From Narcine bancroftii (taxonomy: Eukaryota), in contig NC_091469.1 in the NCBI RefSeq assembly GCF_036971445.1, positions 268,522,001-268,586,000 on the forward strand: a stretch of 64,000 nucleotides of DNA. The letters run 5' to 3'. This document shows positions 36,780 through 49,226 of this stretch, in pieces; position 1 is the first letter of the stretch, and every line of letters begins with the position of its first letter. Below the pieces are notes generated by a model that did no database searches, was not told the DNA's origin, and worked only from the letters and a program-made list of their open reading frames with translations. A program made the position numbers and the translations under genes.

Positions 36780-39700
36780 CAATTAATGTAAAAAAATTAT
36801 AATGAAGTAATCTATATCATACATTAATAGTATTTGTCATAACTTCTACCATGTCCAAATCTCATTCCCATCTTTCCTTTGAATTAAACAAACCTATTTT
36901 AGGTGTCTGTTCTTGTAATAATATATATGCAATTGAAATACATTTTTAACAATTTCACCAACCATAATTTGTTCCAAATTTGAAAGATCTTTTAAAATAA
37001 TTTCCGGTCCCAATTTGTCCCTCAAAAAAGCCCTCCATTGAAAATAACAAAATAATGTATTAAGAGGTATACCATATTTAACCATTAACTGATCAGAAGA
37101 CATCAATTATTATTATGATAACAGTCCCCTAAATTAGAAATTCCCTTATTGTACCATATATTTAAAAAAGGATTATCTTTTGGGGAAAAAAAAACAAAGG
37201 AATAATTATTGGTGTTTTTAATGAAAGAATATATCCATCAACTTCTAATTTAACTTTATTCCAAATAGTCAACAAATGTTTTAATATTGGACCTCCCTTA
37301 TTTATTGCATTAGATTTAAAATCTCATTTATAAATAAATTCATCTGATTTAACCTCTCCTATCGTATATATTTCAATATCCACCCATCATGGTTTAATCT
37401 TACCAAACATAAGACAAAAAAATATAATTTTGCTGCTCTATAATAATTTTTAAAATTGGGAAGTTGTAATCCTCCCTGTTCATATTTCTATGTTAATTTT
37501 TCTAATGACTTTCTCACTATCTTCCCTTTCCAAATAAATTTCCTAACTTGTTTATTTGAATCCTGAAAAAAATTGAGGTATAAGTAAAGTTTGAAATAAA
37601 TAAAACTCTCTCAATTAATGTAATTGGTAAACCAACTTGTTTCTTTAAATCTTGCTTTATCCTTTTAAATAATGGAATATAATTTAATTTATATAAATTT
37701 TTAAAATTAGTATCAATATGTATACCTAAATATTTAATCTTATCTGTCCATTTAAAGCAAACCTCTGGTCTACATTGTGAATAATCTCCTTCTACAAGCT
37801 CCATTATTTCACTTTTATCCTAATTTATCTTTGTATCCCAAAATGTTCCCATAGTCTAACAAATGTCTATAAAGTCTTGGTAATGACATTTGTGATTAAG
37901 TTAAATAAACTAATACATCATTAGCAAATAAACTAATTTAATGTTGTACCTGATATATCTCAAATCCCTTCAATTGTTGATCATCTCTAATTTTTTGTGC
38001 AAGTGGTTCTAAAGCTAAAGCAAACAAAGGACACCCCTGCCTACTAGATTAATTAATGAGATATCTGACCATTAGTAATCACTTTAGCTTTAGGACTTGT
38101 ATATAAGGCCTTAATCCAATTTATAAAATTTGTACTTAACATCTTAAATTAAAAAATCCCACTCTAACCTAACAAAAGCTTTTTTAGCATCTAAAGCTAC
38201 AATAAGACTCAAATTCTTTTTTCTGAGCTGTACTTAACAACCTTACTATATTCTCCGAAGTTTGCCTACTTTTTTTTTAAATAAAAGTCTGATCCTATTT
38301 ATTAAATCAGGAAGATATTCATTAATCCTATTTGCCAATGCTTTTGCTACAATTTTATAATCTACATTTAATAAAGATATAGGTCTATATGAAGTAGGTT
38401 TTAATGGATTCCTATCTTTTTTAGGAATAACAGTAATTATCACCATAGAAAGTTTCTGGAAAGCTATGTTGTTTAGAAGCCTGATCTATTACTTTAATAA
38501 ATAATGGAATCAATAAATCTTTCAACGCTATAAAAATTCAATGGAAACCCATCTTCACCCAGAGATTTATTATTATTTAAACTATTAAGTGCAGCATAAA
38601 TCTCTTGCTCAGTAAAGGGAATCTCTAACTGATCTAAACTTTCCTGAGTCGAAGGTGGTAATGTTAATTGTCTCTTGTTTCTTCATCTTGTAATGAATCA
38701 GATGTATATAAATTCTCATAAAATCCCTTAAATACCTCAATAATTCTTTGTGGCTTATATATCATTGTTATCTTGTTGTATAACATTAATTGTTCTAGAA
38801 GATTGTTCTGCTTTTAATTGCCAAGCCAAAACTTTGTGATCTTTCCCCTAACTCATAATATTTTTGCTTAGATCGTAATATAATTTTCTCTATTCTATAT
38901 GTTAACATTGTGCTATACTGTAATTTTTTTATTTAATAAAATTCTATATTTATCCTTAGAAAATGATTTTTGAATGTTTTTTTCCAATAAAGTTACCTCC
39001 TTTTCCAATTTGTCTATCTTTTGTATATTCTTTTTTAAGTTTTTAAGAATAACTTTTAATTTGACTTCTTAAATAAGATTTCAGTATATCCGAAATAACA
39101 AACATATTATCGACTGAATTTAAATTAGTTTCACAGAACAATTGAATATGTTGTCTTATAGATAAACAAAAATTTGGTCTTTTCAATAATAAAGAATTCA
39201 ATCTCCATCTGTAAACTACATGTTGTTTTTCTAAAAAATCCAACTTAAAAGAGGAGAATGGCCATATAATAATCAAGGTTTATAATCCACAGCAATCACT
39301 TTTTTGATTGATTTTGAGCAGAGAGTAAGAAAAAATCAATTCTAGAGTACATATCAAATCTGCTAGAATAAAAAGAACAATCCCTTTCCTGAGGCATTTG
39401 TCTCCATATATCAATTAAATTAAAATCTTTCATTAAAGATAACAATGTTTTAGCTGCTTTTGATTTCACTAAATGTCTTGAAGACTTATCTAATATAGGT
39501 TATAAATAGAAATTAAAATCTCCTCCCTCTAAAACATTTTCATGTACATCCACTAAATTAAAAAAAAATCATGTATAAATTTCTGATCTTCCAAATTCGG
39601 TACATAAATATTTAATAAAGTGCATTCTTCTGAAAATATTTGACAATTTACTATACCTTCTCACTGGATCTGTAATTACATCTAGGATTTTAAATGGTAA

Positions 39701-39931
39701 TGTTTTTCTTGAATAAAATTGCCGCTCCCCAAGCTTTAGAATTAAATGTAGAAAAAGCTACTTGACTACCCAATCTCTTCAATTTTAAATGGTTGCTTCA
39801 GTTAAATGAATCTATTGTGAAAAGGCAATATCTACCCCTAATTTTGTAATATACCCTAATACCTTCTTTCTTTTTATGTGTCTGTTAATCCCATTAATAT
39901 TAAAAATTAATATCTTAACTGCCTTAGCCAT
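36780..39931 (-). mobile_element. Decayed L1/Tx1 ORF2 (EN through RT)
   Basis: Minus-strand ATG at 39931 (MAKAVKILIFNINGI), SYRPISLLNVDYKI, KIKYLGI. Confidence 0.8.
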
Positions 39932-40139
39932 TATTTCCCAAATTATTAACATACAGTCCTATCCAGGAAGAATTCCCATAAATTAGATTAGTCTGAGGTG
40001 TCATCTGCAATTTAAAAACACTGAACTTATTCAAAATAAAAATGTATAAAATTGTTAAATTGAAGAAAATTGATTGATAATGATACTGACGATTGTTAGA
40101 GTTTGTGTGGAAAAACTATAAATAAAATATTCAGAAAAA

Positions 40140-40710
40140 GGCATTTGGTATCTGCTTTTATAGGGTAAGGCAATGAAATTTAGAGTTGGGACATCATGTT
40201 GCATTTGCATAAAACATTGGTTAAACTATGTGGCGTCCTGAATGGCACACTTCAATAAGGATGTGGCATAAAGAGGATGCAGAAGAGATTCACTAAGATG
40301 TTGACTGTAATGGAAGGTGGTCATTCTAAGAAGGAATTAGATAGGCTAGGTTTATTCTCACTGGACCATAGCAAGCTAAGGGGTGCCTTGGAAAGGTTTT
40401 CAGAATTCTGATAGCAGTAATAATCAGAATCAATTTCCTTGGATGGGAGGGCCCAGGACTTGAGGGCACATGTTTAAGTTTAAGGGGGAAAAATTTAAAG
40501 GCAATCTGTGGGGATAAGCTTTTCACACAGAGAGCAGTGGATACTAGGAGTGAGATGCTATTTTCCACATTTAAAAGGACATACTTGGATAAGAAAGGTG
40601 AGATGTTGGCCTAATAAGGGCAAATGGGATTAGTATATACAGGATTGCAGCTGGCATAGATGAGTTGGGCTGTAAGGAGCACATTTCTTTGCTGGTCGTT
40701 TCTATGATTC
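40140..40710 (+). mobile_element. CR1 3' fragment, decayed
   Basis: Similar to 19590-20200. Confidence 0.55.
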
Positions 40711-41142
40711 AGTTATTCTTTGATATTTTTTTGTAATAGCTCTTTGTATTTTATCATTGTTTCTGCTGACATTCACATCCAGAATCATTGTTCAAAAGAG
40801 ACCATCTGTTAACATACCTGTTTTTACAGACCCTCAAAAGTAATTTTGTTTGCAAGTCCTAAAATGCACAAAAATCACTCCATAACTATGCCTCCATGAT
40901 ATTGTAATGAATGGAATCAAAAGCATTAATAAGCAAGGACTACAACTGGAAACAAGAAACTAGTTCCTCTGTTTGTAGAAAGAATGTATGTTGGAATTTT
41001 GAAATTAATGATATCATGGGAATCATTTGCATGTCTGGATGTCCTTGCACTAGGCCTTTGTTAACTATAAATGGTCTGTTGCTGAAAGTTGAGATAAGAT
41101 TATACATGCACTCAATTATTTTCAAACTATAACTATATATAT

Positions 41143-41252
41143 GCAACCGTGTCTGCCTGTCCCGCTTCAGACTTGTCAGCCACAAACGAGCCTGCAGCTG
41201 ACGTGGACATTTACCCCTCCATAAATCTTCGTCCGCGAAGCCAAGCCAAAGA
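41143..41252 (+). mobile_element. RTE 3' tip
   Basis: ..LVSHKRACS* plus GCCAAGCCAAAG tail. Confidence 0.85.
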
Positions 41253-41596
41253 TAACTGCAGTGAGAAGTACTCATCCACCTATTCTGTATATTGCCATAT
41301 GTGCAATATCATTTAAAATGTCTTGCTTTATTCCTCTATTCTGCTCGTCTTACATAGTTAAGTATTCAATATTATTTAACCATAATTGGTTAACAGTACC
41401 TACCCACTGCAGAGGCCAATTCCATTTGTCCTCGTTTTGTGAAAGTACCTATTATGAATTCCATCATGGTCATACACCTTCTTAGTGAAAATGTGTCATA
41501 AATTCATTTTACTTGAATAAAATCTGCCTTTTTCTAAAATTGATTTCTGATCATTTGTCAGGCAATTAATGATAATTTTGATCTTGGTTATTTCAG

Positions 41597-41959
41597 AAGG
41601 TGAACTAATTGTCTCAATGAATTCAAGAACTGTGGAAGCCATTGTAAATAAAGATGTTCTTCTCGACTGCCGAGTGTCTGGTTACACAACCAGTGAAATT
41701 GACGTTACTACCATGGGAGTTCAGTGGTTCTTTGAAAAAAATGGCCCTTCAGGTTTTACTAAAGAAAAAGTGTACGTGTTCCACCAAGGAGAGCATACAC
41801 CATACAGAAACAGAGCTGCAGTATTTGATGATGAGTTGAAAAGGGGAATTGCTTCCCTTTTTCTTCCACATGTGCAATTTAATGAAGAAGGAGATTATAC
41901 ATGTGTTGTTTTTATCAAATCAGACCATGGAAGCGGAAAATCTTCAATGACTGTTTCAG
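41597..41959 (+). CDS. NCR3LG1: B7-H6-like gene, exon 2: IgV domain
   Basis: tttcag| acceptor (tandem CAG-AAG), G|GTGAAG donor, phase 1/1. DVLLDC..TTMGVQWF..ELKRGIASLFLP..EEGDYTCVV parallels the human B7-H6 V domain as recalled (TSMGITWF..RLKSGDASLRLP..EAGEYRC). Confidence 0.9.
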
Positions 41960-42795
41960 GTGAAGTTAATATTGAATTATTTCCCTGATGAATTACTAGT
42001 GCAGTACATTTGAAATAGCTCACTAAGAGGTTCTCACTGATTCTTTCTGCATATATTGGGAAGTAGTTTAGTGATACACCTGTCAATTTAACATTAACAT
42101 CAAATTGTTGCCATAATTTCCAATTTTGGAACACTATAATTGAATATTGATGAACTTTAAAGTTTGTAGCAGAATATTGTACCTGGACAGGCTGATGACA
42201 GAGAATCTTCTGATTTTTTTTGTGCTGACAATTGCAATTCTGTCAACAATTTGAAACCAATTTTCTGGTATTTCTTTTAATGGCAAACTACTCAGTTCAG
42301 TTACAGATTAGCTTGGAAATGTAGTTGCAAGATGGGGATGGAATGTGTGGCCTTGAAAAATAAAATGCTTTCTTTACAGGAGATAAAATAAATCCTTCCT
42401 ACAACACTGTTGTATGAATGTGCATGGATGTGGTATAAATAGATAGTGATATTTGGTGCTTAAGAATATAAAACAGAGGAGCAGAAATGGATCCTTTGGC
42501 CTCTTGCATGTGTCATGGTTTTCAATAAGGTGGTGACAGGCCTAATATTTATGCTCAACTCCATCTTGCCTTTTAAATTTTTATTATTTGGTATATTGAA
42601 TTATGGATGACAATCTCACGGGTTCATTTCGTGTGGGAAGAGAATCATGATTATCTGACATGTCACATCTTTTCGCCTTGATTGTGAGGTAAAGACTACT
42701 TTCAGTTGTGGACATTCAATACTTGATCCAGTGGATGGAAATGTTTTTTAATGTTCATGAATGTGAACTGACAAATATTTTAAATTTCTTTTCAG

Positions 42796-43116
42796 CCAAA
42801 CCACAAGTTGCCTTATCTTTGACTGCAGTCACAATTGAGAATGGAATGGAAAAATCAGTGAATTGTTACAGTGCACACTTTTATCCCATGCTCATTGAGA
42901 TGAGATGGTTAAAGAAAACAAAGGACAAAGAAGAAGAAATTTTAAATCATGTCTGCACAGGATCCCCAGTTAAAAATAATGATGGAACCTACAATGTTAC
43001 TAGTCATATAAGGTTGCGCCCATCACTCCTTGACAACGATAATACTTATGTATGTTTTGTGAGACATAGATCACTTAGTAGTGATATAAAATTGGCTACC
43101 CATTTGACCGTCAAAG
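42796..43116 (+). CDS. NCR3LG1: B7-H6-like gene, exon 3: IgC1 domain
   Basis: ttttcag| and G|GTAAGA, phase 1/1. C..HFYP..W..TGSPVKNNDGTYNVTS..YVCFVRHRSL, compared with B7-H6 TGPTIKNMDGTFNVTS..YQCVVRHASL. Confidence 0.9.
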
Positions 43117-43209
43117 GTAAGATTTGTGTTTAATCCACAAGCTCATGAAGTTTATGTGATAGAAAGTATCGACACAAAGTGAAAGCTAAAATTTTGCTGT
43201 GAGATTATA

Positions 43210-44215
43210 AGACTATAAGTAATGGAAGAGGAGTAGGCCATCTGACCCATCGAGCTTGGTGTGTCTTTCAATAAGATCATGGCTGACCTGCCATGGACTC
43301 CACCTTCCTGTCTATTTCCCATTACCCTTAGTTCTCCTATTTAAATAAAGCTGTCTTAAATATATGTAACAATGCCTCTACGGTTTTCTTGAACAGAGAA
43401 TTCCACACATATGCTACTCTCTGGGAAAAGCAGTTCCTCCTCATCTCCGTCCTAAATCGACTCCCCTGAATTTTGAAACTATGTCCCCGAGTTCTAGATT
43501 CACTTGTCAAAAGGAAACCACTTTATTGCCATTATCTTATCTATCCCTTTTGTAATTATGTTTTATCAGATCCCCTCTCACTCTTCTGAATTCTAGCTAG
43601 TATAGTCCCCAGGTGACTCAATCTCTTCTCATAGGCTGATGCCCTCATCTTGGAATCAACGGGGTGAACCTCCTCTGCACCACCTCCAAAACCAAGTCAG
43701 TTGACCAGAATTGCGCCCTATATAGTTGCAGCAGAACTTCACTGCTCTTCAATTCATTCCTTCGAGCAATGTAGACAAACATTAAATTTCCCTGCTGGAT
43801 CTCCTGTGGCACTTTCAAAACAACCTTTTGCGATTAATGCACAAGCACTCCCAGGTCCCTCTGAACGACAGGATGGTGCAATCTTTCACCTTTTAAATAA
43901 TATTCTGATCTTATTTTCTTCCAAATTGGGTGATCTCACATTCAGCAATATTGCTCTCCATTTGACAGACCCTTTTCCACTCATGAGCAATATTGCTCTC
44001 CATTTGACAGACCCTTTTCCACTCATGAGCAATATTGCTCTCCATTTGACAGACCCTTTTCCACTCATGAGCAATATTGCTCTCCATTTGACAGACCCTT
44101 TTCCTCTCATGAACCTATCTGTATCTGAAGATTCTACATCCTCTGCACAATTACTTTCCCATGCAATTTAATATCACCAGCAAATCCACTACTCTTGGTC
44201 CCTTCTTCAAAGATT
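43210..44215 (-). mobile_element. CR1 3' fragment, decayed
   Basis: Reverse complement resembles the CR1 C-terminus and 3' UTR. Confidence 0.55.
43944..44111. repeat. 42-bp minisatellite x4
   Basis: Unit agcaatattgctctccatttgacagacccttttccactcatg, with one mismatch in copy 4. Confidence 0.95.
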
Positions 44216-44982
44216 CCTTTATTGTCCATGTGCATGATACACAAAATTTGTTGACTTTTGTAAAATTGTTTAGGTATTGATTTTGTTTTCTTCGTAGAAT
44301 GTGGACTTGGTGGCAGTGTTCACATTTGTTGTCTCTGAACTGAACCACGTTTGTGGACCCAGAACCTTGGAAGGACAAGGATGTCGGATTCCTCGCCCGA
44401 ACACTATTTGTAAAGCTTGCAGATTTTCTGTTACCTGCTTTCATAATCCTATGGCTTTAACTGGAAATTCATCGGTCAAAGTCTGGAGCACAAAACAATA
44501 TAAAACTTTTTGATCTGGAAGTTTATAACAAAACTTGTGAAGTACTAATTGTGGAGTACATTAATTTTGAGTATAGAGCTGACAAACTCAATTATGAAGG
44601 GTGGCTACAGACCAAATTCATTGAATGCAACTGAGAGTTGTCTAGCTCAAATCCTATCTGAAGTAACTTGTCGGTGTAATGAGACATTGAAATTAGTAGA
44701 CTCATAATAAAGGAGTCTGTAAGAAAGAGTGGAGCAGGATGTTCCCATGGATTGTGATGGAATAATCTGACATCCTTTAATTGCAGAAGAATGATATCAG
44801 CTGTTTATCGACTTCGTGAAGCCAAGCCAAAGAAAGAAAGAAGAAGAAGACTGTAGAGTGGCTCTCCTAGTGAGCAGATGATTGTGTGTAGAACTTTGTA
44901 AAGTTGAGAAGTTTGAGAGTATCTGATTTTGATGTTGGGAGATCCACTGGTTTTGCACTTTCTGTGTGTCAGTATAGTGGTA

Positions 44983-45712
44983 CAGGTACATAATCTTTTA
45001 TCTGAAATTCTGAAAAGCAAAACCTCCAAAAACCAAACATTTTTCCATGGATGTCGTCTGCACTCCCAAGCTTGCGTTTGGTGCCAAACACGACCCGGCC
45101 CGACCCACCCCCGACCAGCGCCGTGTCTCAGTGCTCCTACCAGTCAGGCCTCTGCTGCTCACGGTCTTTGAAGATTGTGAAAATGTCAAAAAGAGGTGCA
45201 GAGTACCTTATGGGTAACTGAGAGAAGCAGAAAAGGAAGTGTCTGTCATTATCGATAGTACAGGAAGTAGAGCTATTGGAGAAGTTTGATCATGGTGTAT
45301 CTGTGCAGGGTCTTACTGAAGATTATGGTGTGGGAATTATCACTATATTATGACTTAAAGAAGCAGAAAAATAAGTTGTTGAAATTTTTGTTTGAAATTT
45401 TACTGTTTTAATTAAAAATAAAAAGTACGCTGTAATTTTATGGTCCATAGCTTACTTCATTTACCACCACCTTCTCACCACCCTGGGTCCAATGCCGCTC
45501 CAACCCCACCCCCATCCAGTGCTGCTGCAGCCCCTTCCCCCATCCCCTGCCCAGAGACCCTTCAAGTTGGAGTGTGTCGTTGTTTTGCGTGAATCTGAAA
45601 TCAGTGCAATTACTTAAAGTAACCGCCATTACTATTATTCTAATATCCAAAAAATTTCGAATTCCAAGAAATGTCTGGTCCCAAGGGTTTCAGATAAAAG
45701 ATTACATACCTG
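44983..45712 (+). mobile_element. TcMar-Tigger non-autonomous element
   Basis: TA|CAGGTACATAATCTTTTATCTGAAA...TTTCAGATAAAAGATTACATACCTG|TA; HTH remnant ELLEKFDHGVSV. Confidence 0.8.
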
Positions 45713-45974
45713 TAATTGTTCCACTGAGCAGTGAGTTCAGCTATTTTAGAGGGCCTACAAGAATCAACCACAATGGAAGATCTGGAAACTCATTTGGACT
45801 GCACCAAGTAAAGATGACCTGAGAGGCATTTTTATTTTCCAGATTGATTTTGTACAAAACTGGTAGTTTTGAAGGTTATGACCATTATTTTGTACAGTGA
45901 ATATATATTGTAATATTCTGGCACAAAATGATACAAAGCTCTTTAATCTCAAAACTTTTGACAAAACAAGGTAC

Positions 45975-46302
45975 TGTGGCGATACGCCATTAGGCAAGTG
46001 AACCGGCCCCACTTGTCACGCATGCGGCAGGGGAGCCAGCCAAAATGGCGCCGGCTGGGGTTTCCTCCCGACCTCGGCATCGGGCTCAGAAGCCCGCGCT
46101 TGGCAACCCATGTGACGCCACGGTGACATCGGGGCCCCCCAGCACGGTTCTCAGCCAGGTCCGGGCTGGGAGTATAAGACCAGCCAGGTCCGGGCTGGGA
46201 GTATAAGACCAGCCAGGCAGCCTGCAATAAATCAGTTTTGCTCACTGAACTCAACCCGTCTGGTTGTGCGATCCTTCAGTCAGCAGCGTAGCCGCCGCTA
46301 CA
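45975..46302 (+). mobile_element. Solo LTR (328 bp, Gypsy-like), sense orientation, 200 bp upstream of the TM exon
   Basis: TGTGGCG...CGCTACA, TSD GTAC, TATA inside a duplicated 29-bp unit, AATAAA at about 46226. Confidence 0.85.
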
Positions 46303-46502
46303 GTACGAATAATGGAGTAGGCTTTTGCCAAGAAATGCTGAAATGATCAATGCCAAAGGAAGATGTATTAATGTTGATAATTCTGAAGATCTTTCAAATA
46401 ATGTTTCTTTCCCAACTTCTGTCCAACTTTTAAGATTTATTAATTTTGTAAAATTATGATTTGCAAATGTAAAATCATTGTGCTTGTTTTTTTTTCTTAC
46501 AG

Positions 46503-46619
46503 AGCCAGAAGTTGTTATACCAGGGAATATAATAGCTGGCAGTGTATTTGCTAGTTGGCTGATATGCTCATTGATCATGGTCATTGGATTTTTTCTATAT
46601 TTAAAGTATTTCAGAAAAG
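46503..46619 (+). CDS. NCR3LG1: B7-H6-like gene, exon 4: transmembrane segment
   Basis: Strong acceptor (t-tract, cttacag|), donor AAG|GTGAGA, 117 nt, phase 1/1. IIAGSVFASWLICSLIMVIGFFLYL is followed by KYFRK. Confidence 0.85.
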
Positions 46620-46799
46620 GTGAGATAACCCTTCTCTACATTAGAAGTATGAATATTTAAAACACGTCTGACTAAACTCTTTCTGTACCTCACATATTCA
46701 TTCACTTTATTGCCACAAATTAATCTGAACTATTAGGTAATTCTTTCAACTGATCTGTGGACAAACATTTGTTTTAAATGGAAGTAATACAGATTCCCC

Positions 46800-48395
46800 G
46801 AACTGGACACTCTCATCTTCACGATGGATGTCCAATCCCTTTATATCTCCATCCCCCATATAGAAAGACTCAAAGCACTCTGCTTCTTTTTGGACTAAAG
46901 ACCCAACCAGCCACCCTCTACCACCATCCTCCTCTGCCTAGCAGAACTTGTCCTCACTTTAAACAACAACTCCTTTAACTCATCTCACATCCTCCAAATC
47001 AAAGGAGTAGCCATGGGTCTCAGCTATGCCTACCTGTTTGTGGAGCAATCCATGCTGCAAGTCTACACGGGCAAGATCCCTCAACTGATCCTCTGGTACA
47101 TCGATGACTACATTGAGGCTGCCTCATGTACTCATGATGAGCTTGTCAACTTCCACCCCAATCTCAAACTCACCTGGTCCATCTCCGAAAGCACTCTTCC
47201 CTTCCTGGGTCTCTCTGTCTCCATCTCAGGAGATAAGCTTTCCACTGACATATTACAAGGGCACCAACTCTCACAACTACCTTGAATACACTTCCTCACA
47301 CCCTGTCCCCTACAAGGTTTCTGTTCCCACCTCTCAATTTTTCCATCTCTGCTGCATTTGTTCCCAAGATGAGGTCTTCTCGTCCAGATCTTTTGAAATG
47401 TCTGACTTCTTCCACAAATGTGGCTTCCCCTCCACCACCATCAAATCTGCCCTCACCCGTTCATCTGCCCTGGCCCCCTCTGCCCCCAGACACAACAAAC
47501 ATAGATCCCCCTTGTCCTCACCTACCACCCCACCAACTTCTGCATCCAACACATAATCCTCTGGAATTTCCGGCACTTACAACAGGATCCCACTACAAGC
47601 CACACCCTCCCCTCTCTTCCTTCTCTAGGGACCGCTCCCTCCATGACTCCCTCGTGCACTCGTCACTACCCACCAATCTCCATCACACCCCCCTCCCCTC
47701 TTCCAGCACCTTCCCATGGCTGCAGGAGGTGCCATACCTCCCCCCCCCTCACCACAGTCCAGGGCCCAAACAGGCTATTCAAGTGAAGCAACACTTCAAT
47801 TGTGTATCCGCAGGACTAATTCACTGCATCCGGTGCTCTCTTTGTGGCCTTCTCTACATCGGAGAGACTGGTCGCAGATTGGGAGATTGCTTCACTGAGC
47901 ACCTTCCCTATGTCTGCACCAGAGCCAACCATTTCATTCTGTGTCACACTCCCATACTCAATGTTTGTCCATGGTCCCACCAAGACCACCTACAAATCGG
48001 AGAGACAACACCTAATTTTCCACCTGGGCACTCTCCAGCCAGATGGCATTAATGTCGACTTTTCTGATTTCTGCTAACCTGCTCTCCTCTTTTCCCTCCC
48101 TCCTTCCCTTCTCCTTTCCATTTCTCCTCCCTCCTTTTGTTTCATCTTGTATTCGATCACTATCATTACACCTTTCACCTAGCTATCCCTCCTCCCCTTG
48201 ATCACTGCTATCCCTTCTTCACCTATCACTTCCTACCTTTGAGACCACACCTCCCCCTTACTCTTGCTTGGATGCCTGCTGACACTTTTCCATACCTTGA
48301 TGAAGGGCTCAAGCCCGAAACGTCAGTTATGTATTTTTTCTTTGCTATACAAAGTACACTGATGTGCTGAGTTTCTCCAGCTTTGTGTGTTTTAA
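46800..48395 (+). mobile_element. Penelope-like element (RT plus GIY-YIG), decayed
   Basis: GVAMG..YAYLFV, WYIDDY, IRCSLCGLLYIGETGRRLGDCFTEHL, and a pLTR-like tail (ttgatgaagggctcaagcccgaaacgtc). Confidence 0.82.
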
Positions 48396-49226
48396 TTTGT
48401 TTTAAATGCTTTGCTTTGTGATGAATAGGTATAAATTTCTTCAGATCTGTTGACCTTAAGCATCTCTTTGTATACAGACACAGTTTGTAGGCAAAGAGAC
48501 ATGATGGGTCAATTTGATTGAGCAGTTAAAAGTTCAAAGGCATGATTTTAATCAAAATAATATTTATCAGAAAGGAAAGATAGACTTTCTCTTGTGATTA
48601 AATCCCATGTTAGATCTCTTATTCTGCATTTGACTCTTTTGTATTTACATTAGAACTTCTCAATTTAAAGCTTCTATGTCCATTTTTTAAAAAGTGAATG
48701 AGAAATGGAAGGACACATTCCTGGAAAATGTTTCTTGTTCTAACTTTTGGAAACAAAGTCAACCAAAGTATTCTGTGTTCCATATTGTACAGTCAGGTTT
48801 AGCTGTCACTGGAGTTTGCAACCTCCTTTGGCATCTATTTGCATAGTTTTAAAATTCACAGTTCTGAGTTTTTGATCATTCCCGAACTTAACTGCATCTC
48901 TGAGCAAAATTTTGGAATTCTGTGCTTATTTTTCCTCCAATCATTTTGCCCAGGCACTTGGCCATCATCTCCAGAAACCCATCATAATTTCTGTTATATT
49001 TTGGTATTCCAAAGCAAAAAGTAAGCTCTCAATCAAATATTTTATTATGATAACATAATATTATTGGGCCATTTTGGTGCATTAAAGATGCAATGTAAAT
49101 AAAATATTCATCATATTGTGCCCACCAACCCGTGACTCCTCGTGTGATCTCTTGCATTTTGATTCATTTGTTCACTTCCACACTGTGAAAATATTATAAA
49201 TGCGTCAGGTAGCTATGTCTATGCAC

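Noticed and set aside
43944-44111. Regular repeats resembling a CRISPR array, and a repeat-protein ORF (43701-44171)
   Set aside because: The units are head-to-tail with no spacers, in a eukaryotic intron. The ORF is a by-product of a unit length divisible by 3.
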